NCBI GenBank assembly: GCA_001871685.1
Contig: MNVK01000096.1
Location: 1-40,409 of the forward strand
DNA from: Nitrospirae bacterium CG1_02_44_142
GTDB taxonomy: Bacteria; Nitrospirota; Thermodesulfovibrionia; Thermodesulfovibrionales; UBA1546
Length of the DNA stretch: 40,409 nt
Direction of reading: 5' to 3'
Shown here: positions 36,167 through 40,409 of the stretch, one piece after another
Position numbering within the stretch: position 1 is the first letter of the stretch
Layout: the number at the start of each line of letters is the position of its first letter
Program-made: the position numbers and the translations under genes
Notes under the pieces: model-generated
What the model saw: only the letters and a program-made list of their open reading frames with translations
Database searches by the model: none
What the model was told of the DNA's origin: nothing

Positions 36167-37239
36167 TTTAGTTTTTCTATGACCGCATCAGCCGCCTCGG
36201 ATGTGCCGGCAGCAGTTGGGTCATCGGGCTTTGGTTTCATGTCATAGGTTACATGCCTGCCCTCTTCTATAACAGCGGCAATTGCAGCCTCAAGTCTTTG
36301 CGCGGCGTTACTTTCGCCAAGATGCCTCAACATCATCACTCCGGAAAGCATCATAGCAAATGGATTCATCTTATTCAAACCCTTATATTTTGGAGCGCTT
36401 CCGTGCGTCGGCTCAAATACTGCCATTTCCTCCCCGATATTTGCTCCGGGCGCAAGCCCCAGCCCTCCTATAAGCCCGGCGGCCAGGTCGGAAACAATAT
36501 CTCCGTAGAGATTCGGAAGCACAATAACATCATACTTCTCAGGTTTCTGCACAAGCTGCATGCACATATTGTCAATAATCCTGTCTTCAAACTCTATATC
36601 GGTGTAATTGGAAGCCACGCTTCTTGCGGCTTCAAGAAAGAGTCCGTCAGAATATTTCATTATGTTTGCCTTATGGACTGCGGTAACTTTTTTTCTTTTA
36701 TTCTTTCTCGCATATTCAAATGCAAACCTTACTATTCTCTCGCTGCCGTAAACAGAAATCGGTTTTATGCTTATGCCGGAGTCCTGCCTTATGTCCTTCC
36801 CCGTAGATGCTTTCACAAAGTCAATTAACCGTTTTGTATCTTCCCGGCCCTTCTGAAACTCTATGCCTGCATACAGGTCTTCGGTGTTTTCCCTCACAAT
36901 AACCAGGTCAATATTGTCATATCTTGTTCTTGCGCCTTTAAAGCTCCTGCAGGGCCTTAGGCAGCTGTAAAGGTCCAGCGCCAACCTCAATGTAACATTA
37001 ACGCTCCTGAAGCCGGAGCCGATGGGCGTTGTTACAGGGCCTTTAATTGCGATTTTGTTTTTCTTGATAGAATCAATCACCCTTTGAGGAAGCGGGCGGC
37101 CCTCTTTCTTATAAACATCCTCTCCTGCATCCTGCGCTTCCCATGTAATCGGAACGCCTGTTGCCTCAATCACACGCCTTGTCGCTTCGGCTATTTCCGG
37201 CCCGATACCATCGCCCGGGATTAAAGTTATTGTGTACAT
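36106..37239 (-). CDS. Isocitrate/isopropylmalate dehydrogenase family protein (probable isocitrate DH)
   Basis: IPGDGIGPE, SVNVTLR, RENTEDLY, HKANIMK, NLYGDIVSDLAAGLIG, FEPTHGSAP. Confidence 0.88.
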   Translation of the reverse strand: MYTITLIPGDGIGPEIAEATRRVIEATGVPITWEAQDAGEDVYKKEGRPLPQRVIDSIKKNKIAIKGPVTTPIGSGFRSVNVTLRLALDLYSCLRPCRSFKGARTRYDNIDLVIVRENTEDLYAGIEFQKGREDTKRLIDFVKASTGKDIRQDSGISIKPISVYGSERIVRFAFEYARKNKRKKVTAVHKANIMKYSDGLFLEAARSVASNYTDIEFEDRIIDNMCMQLVQKPEKYDVIVLPNLYGDIVSDLAAGLIGGLGLAPGANIGEEMAVFEPTHGSAPKYKGLNKMNPFAMMLSGVMMLRHLGESNAAQRLEAAIAAVIEEGRHVTYDMKPKPDDPTAAGTSEAADAVIEKLKVSVNSDSVSKETLSAGTEH

Positions 37240-37273
37240 GAGATTACCCCGCTTAATATGTTTTCATGAATTT

Positions 37274-37345
37274 GATGCATGTTACACGATGCATGACTCA
37301 CAAAATATTTGACTTGCATCGTGAATCTTGCATCGTGCATCATGA
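37274..37345. repeat. Inverted GATGCAN heptamer arrays without the C/G palindrome
   Basis: GATGCAT GTTACAC GATGCAT ... CTTGCAT CGTGAAT CTTGCAT CGTGCAT CATGA. Confidence 0.75.
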
Positions 37346-37346
37346 T

Positions 37347-38582
37347 TTATGGATTCAACGTCAATATTTTTCTTGCAATGTCAGGATAATGCGCTATAAA
37401 TCTCAGCTCATCGTCAGTCATCGGCTTCTGCGTATGCAGGTTAGCATACTGGACCAGTTCCAGGACATTTCTCGCCTCACTGTCATCATGGAAGTGGATT
37501 CCAAGTTTGTCATAGACATGCCTGAAACCCTTAACCCCGCCGTATTCGCCTGTTGTTATAATCCTTCCTGTCTCAAGAAGTTCAGGTTCGCCCCTGCCGA
37601 CATCCTCAGGGTCATAAAGCTCGTAATTTCTCCTGTCTTTTAAGGCCCCATCTGCATGAATGCCTGACTCGTGTGCAAACGCATTTGAGCCCACTCCCGG
37701 TTGATTTATAGGTATTGGAAGATTAAAGGCATAGGATGCGTATTTTGCAATTTTCCAGGCATTTTTCAGGTCCACATGTTCGTCAAGATAAACCTTTCGG
37801 CTTAAACCGTGTGAAAATTTAAGGGCAAGGATGGTGGATACAAGGTCGCAGTTTCCGCAGCGCTCGCCATAACCGTTTATTGTTGTGTTTATATAGGCGT
37901 CAATACCGCTCTCTATAGAACCCTGCGCTCCAGCCACCGATACCGCCTCTGCCATGCCCAGGTCATTGTGGCAGTGCATCTCTATCGGGAACTTTGTTGC
38001 CAGCGCAAGCGCCTTTATCCTCTCATAGATTGTTATTGGGTCATCACAGCCGAGCGTATCGCAGTATCTGAACCTGTCTGCGCCTGCCTCCTTCCCTGCA
38101 ATCACAAACTCTATCAGCTTGTTAATCTCTGTCCTTGATGCATCTTCGGCATTGAGCCCTACAGTCTCCGCTCCTGATTCCTTTGCAAGCCTTACAGCCT
38201 CAATCGCTGTTTGCAGGATGTCCTTAAATGCCTTTCTGCCCTGGAATTTCCCCTGTATCATTATCTCCGATGTTGACATAGAGATGTTCAGATGTTTTAT
38301 CTCCGGACAGTTCTTAAATGTAAGCCTTATGTCTTCCGGGATTGCCCTGCACCAGCCCTCAAGATGAATCCGTTTAATCGCTCCTGCCTTAACAAGTTCA
38401 AGATTCCCGTTTATATAACTTACTTCATGTTTGAGCGTAGGGAAGCCTATCTCGCTCTGATACACTCCCATCTCATCAAGATAGATATTGAGCATCGTCT
38501 TGGAAAGTTTCGGCAGAAGTATCCTGGACGTCTGAACACCGTCTCTGTTTGTAACGTCAATAAGATAAACTTTATTTTTCAT
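37347..38582 (-). CDS. DRE-TIM metallolyase, homocitrate synthase family (probable Re-citrate synthase)
   Basis: DVTNRDGVQT, HCHNDLG, NGYGERCGN, AFAHESGIHADG. Confidence 0.8.
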   Translation of the reverse strand: MKNKVYLIDVTNRDGVQTSRILLPKLSKTMLNIYLDEMGVYQSEIGFPTLKHEVSYINGNLELVKAGAIKRIHLEGWCRAIPEDIRLTFKNCPEIKHLNISMSTSEIMIQGKFQGRKAFKDILQTAIEAVRLAKESGAETVGLNAEDASRTEINKLIEFVIAGKEAGADRFRYCDTLGCDDPITIYERIKALALATKFPIEMHCHNDLGMAEAVSVAGAQGSIESGIDAYINTTINGYGERCGNCDLVSTILALKFSHGLSRKVYLDEHVDLKNAWKIAKYASYAFNLPIPINQPGVGSNAFAHESGIHADGALKDRRNYELYDPEDVGRGEPELLETGRIITTGEYGGVKGFRHVYDKLGIHFHDDSEARNVLELVQYANLHTQKPMTDDELRFIAHYPDIARKILTLNP

Positions 38583-38713
38583 ATTGCAAACCTCGTCGCC
38601 AATTAAGTTTTGAAATTCCTACAGTTATATAGTATAACGAAACCGGAGTTAACATTACAAATAGATAAAACGGTTACTGAAAAGTTTTATGCCGCTATCT
38701 TCCGCTGCACAGC

Positions 38714-39379
38714 TCAGGATATCAGGCTGGTATTAACTTTAATCTTTATCTGCTTCTTTATGCCTTCCACATAGGATTTCACTGCCTTTTGTCTCTTGTC
38801 AAATAAAAGCGCCTGCCTGAAGGCCTTTGCGGTCTGCTCCTCTCCGCTTATCTGCCTGCTCTCATCCTCTGTGAGGTCAAAGGCCTCGCCTATAAGCCTC
38901 TTCATTTTGAGGAGCATTAATTCATATCTCTTTTCATTTTCAAAATATTCAGGCGTGATTCTATTAATCTGTAATATCCTCATATATATCTCCCTGTCAA
39001 AGACGCCGTTCCTTGTAAATCCGGGCTCATTCCTTATTGCCTCTTCAAGCTCTTCATCGCTCACAGTCATGCCGATATTCCCGGCTGCAATCAGCAAGAC
39101 TCTCTCATCTATCAGGGAATCAAGCACCGCTTCTCTGAGTTTAAGCTTTTTTGCCAGTTCATCATCAAATTTTTCCTTATATCTCTCTCTGTAAAAGTCC
39201 ACAGTCCTGTCATATGCGCGTCCGTATTCATCAAGCGTTATCTTTTCCTTCCCTATCTCAGCAACCGGAACCGCTGTCTGCTTGTCAACAGTCCCGACTC
39301 CCCAGAATATAAACGAAAGGATTATAATAAAAAAGAATACATAGAAAAATTTTGCATGTTTGCGCATCGCCTTAAGCAT
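38714..39379 (-). CDS. SurA N-terminal domain (PpiD-like) protein
   Basis: MLKAMRK, TM ending FIFWG, LIDERVLL..A...G..VSDEEL, F..NG.FD...Y. Confidence 0.8.
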   Translation of the reverse strand: MLKAMRKHAKFFYVFFFIIILSFIFWGVGTVDKQTAVPVAEIGKEKITLDEYGRAYDRTVDFYRERYKEKFDDELAKKLKLREAVLDSLIDERVLLIAAGNIGMTVSDEELEEAIRNEPGFTRNGVFDREIYMRILQINRITPEYFENEKRYELMLLKMKRLIGEAFDLTEDESRQISGEEQTAKAFRQALLFDKRQKAVKSYVEGIKKQIKIKVNTSLIS

Positions 39380-39424
39380 ATCAGCGCCTCCTTCTAAAAT
39401 AGTCGTTAAGCGTCTTCCTGCATC

Positions 39425-39682
39425 TCATTTCTCATCCTCAAACCTCAAGTCAATATCCATTTCAGGCGCCACCGTTGATATAGCATGTTTGTATATCATC
39501 TGCTGTGCGGCTTCCTTAAGAATTACGATAAAACTGTCAAACCCCTTTATCACTCCCCTTAATCTTACGCCATTGGTAAGATAGATAGTTACAGGAATCT
39601 TGTTTTTTCTAAGATAGTTCAGATAGAGGTCCTGAAGGTTCCGGGTTTTGCCTGAATTAGCCGAGATATTTTCCCTTTGCAT
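39425..39682 (-). CDS. hfq: RNA chaperone Hfq
   Basis: [26 protein letters not shown]...YKHAISTV. Confidence 0.95.
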   Translation of the reverse strand: MQRENISANSGKTRNLQDLYLNYLRKNKIPVTIYLTNGVRLRGVIKGFDSFIVILKEAAQQMIYKHAISTVAPEMDIDLRFEDEK

Positions 39683-39787
39683 GTATCTACCTTATAAGAT
39701 TTTCTCTAATAATTCAAGCCCGCAGCATGACAGTGTAATTTTAATGATGGGATATGATAGTATAAATAAATTTCCATTAATAAAGTC

Positions 39788-40409
39788 ATGAACTTCAGCG
39801 GCATAAAAAAAATTCTTGTCATAAAACTCCGTCATATCGGCGATGTCCTCTTAAGCGTGCCTGTATTCAGGGCGTTAAGAGAAAATTTCCCGGAGGCGCA
39901 TATTGCCGCCCTCGTGAATTCGGGCACGGAAGAGGTCTTAGAGGCAAGCCCGTTTATTAATGAGATAATAGCCTTTGACCGAGGCATTAAGAAAATGAAT
40001 CCTGTACAGAGATACAGAAAAGAACTAGCATTCCTAAGAATGCTGCGGAAGAAAGGTTCTGATATGACAGTTGACCTCACAGGCGGCGACAGGGCTGCAA
40101 TAATATCCTTTGTCTCAGGCGCATCATACAGGCTCGGCCCTGACGTCAAAGAGGGTTTTTTAGGGAAAAGATATTTATATACTCACCTTGCAGTAAGAAA
40201 TAATAATCAGCGCACTAATCAACATATAGTCCTGCAAAACCTTGATATCATAAGCCGGTTCGGCGTCAAAACAGACAATCTCTCCGTGGATATATCTATC
40301 CCTGAAGACGCAAGGGTATTTGTTAAAAAGGTCTTTGAAAAAAACGGGATAAATAAAATAAAGACTACCCCCCTATGTCCCCCCTTAATAAGGGGGGAAT
40401 TTAAGGGGG
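39788..40409 (+). CDS. GT9 LPS heptosyltransferase (WaaQ/RfaQ-like), truncated by the window edge
   Basis: Not in ORF track. MNFSGIKKILVIKLRHIGDVLLSVPVFRALRENFPEA...DLTGGDRAA; frame open to the window end. Confidence 0.88.
   Translation, partial: MNFSGIKKILVIKLRHIGDVLLSVPVFRALRENFPEAHIAALVNSGTEEVLEASPFINEIIAFDRGIKKMNPVQRYRKELAFLRMLRKKGSDMTVDLTGGDRAAIISFVSGASYRLGPDVKEGFLGKRYLYTHLAVRNNNQRTNQHIVLQNLDIISRFGVKTDNLSVDISIPEDARVFVKKVFEKNGINKIKTTPLCPPLIRGEFKG
40367..40409. repeat. C/G-run palindromic element copy 6, in frame inside the GT9 gene
   Basis: ACCCCCCTATGTCCCCCCTTAATAAGGGGGGAATTTAAGGGGG; encodes TPLCPPLIRGEFKG. Confidence 0.88.

Noticed and set aside
37347..38582. nifV / nitrogen fixation
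   Set aside because: No nif genes in the window; the context fits central metabolism.

Overview
Bacterial chromosomal window from a probably anaerobic diderm. Gene content (GlmU/GlmS, LpxC, Hfq, sigma54 regulator, CooS, Re-citrate-synthase-like enzyme) suggests Nitrospirota/Thermodesulfovibrionia or a deltaproteobacterium-like organism; this taxonomy is inference. A housekeeping backbone (galE, panD, gatC, pcrA/uvrD, glmS, glmU, yebC, mtnP, tldD, lpxC, surA, purN, rsmD, coaD, hfq, waaQ-like) is interrupted by three accessory blocks: a toxin-antitoxin (TA) block at 1-1100; a defence block at 12.2-19.4 kb (stacked TA pairs, type IIG restriction-modification fusion, stand-alone RadC N-terminal domain, ORF6N); and an RcoM-like/cooF/cooS/FAD-oxidoreductase CO-oxidation cluster at 27.1-31.6 kb. 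The most striking unexplained structure is a set of tiny repeats. A ~43-nt C6-N5-C6-loop-G6-N7-G6 palindrome occurs six times, three of them in frame inside glmU, the RM gene and the heptosyltransferase. Phased 7-mer and 8-mer arrays flank it or form protein tails, and GTCCCT repeats mark accessory-module borders. Features missing from the ORF track include a 13-aa Lys-rich micro-ORF with its own SD and terminator, a PIN toxin with an ACG start, gene-tail relics between TA pairs, a partial HigB-like toxin and the partial waaQ-like gene. Family assignments come from motif recognition only; no searches were run.
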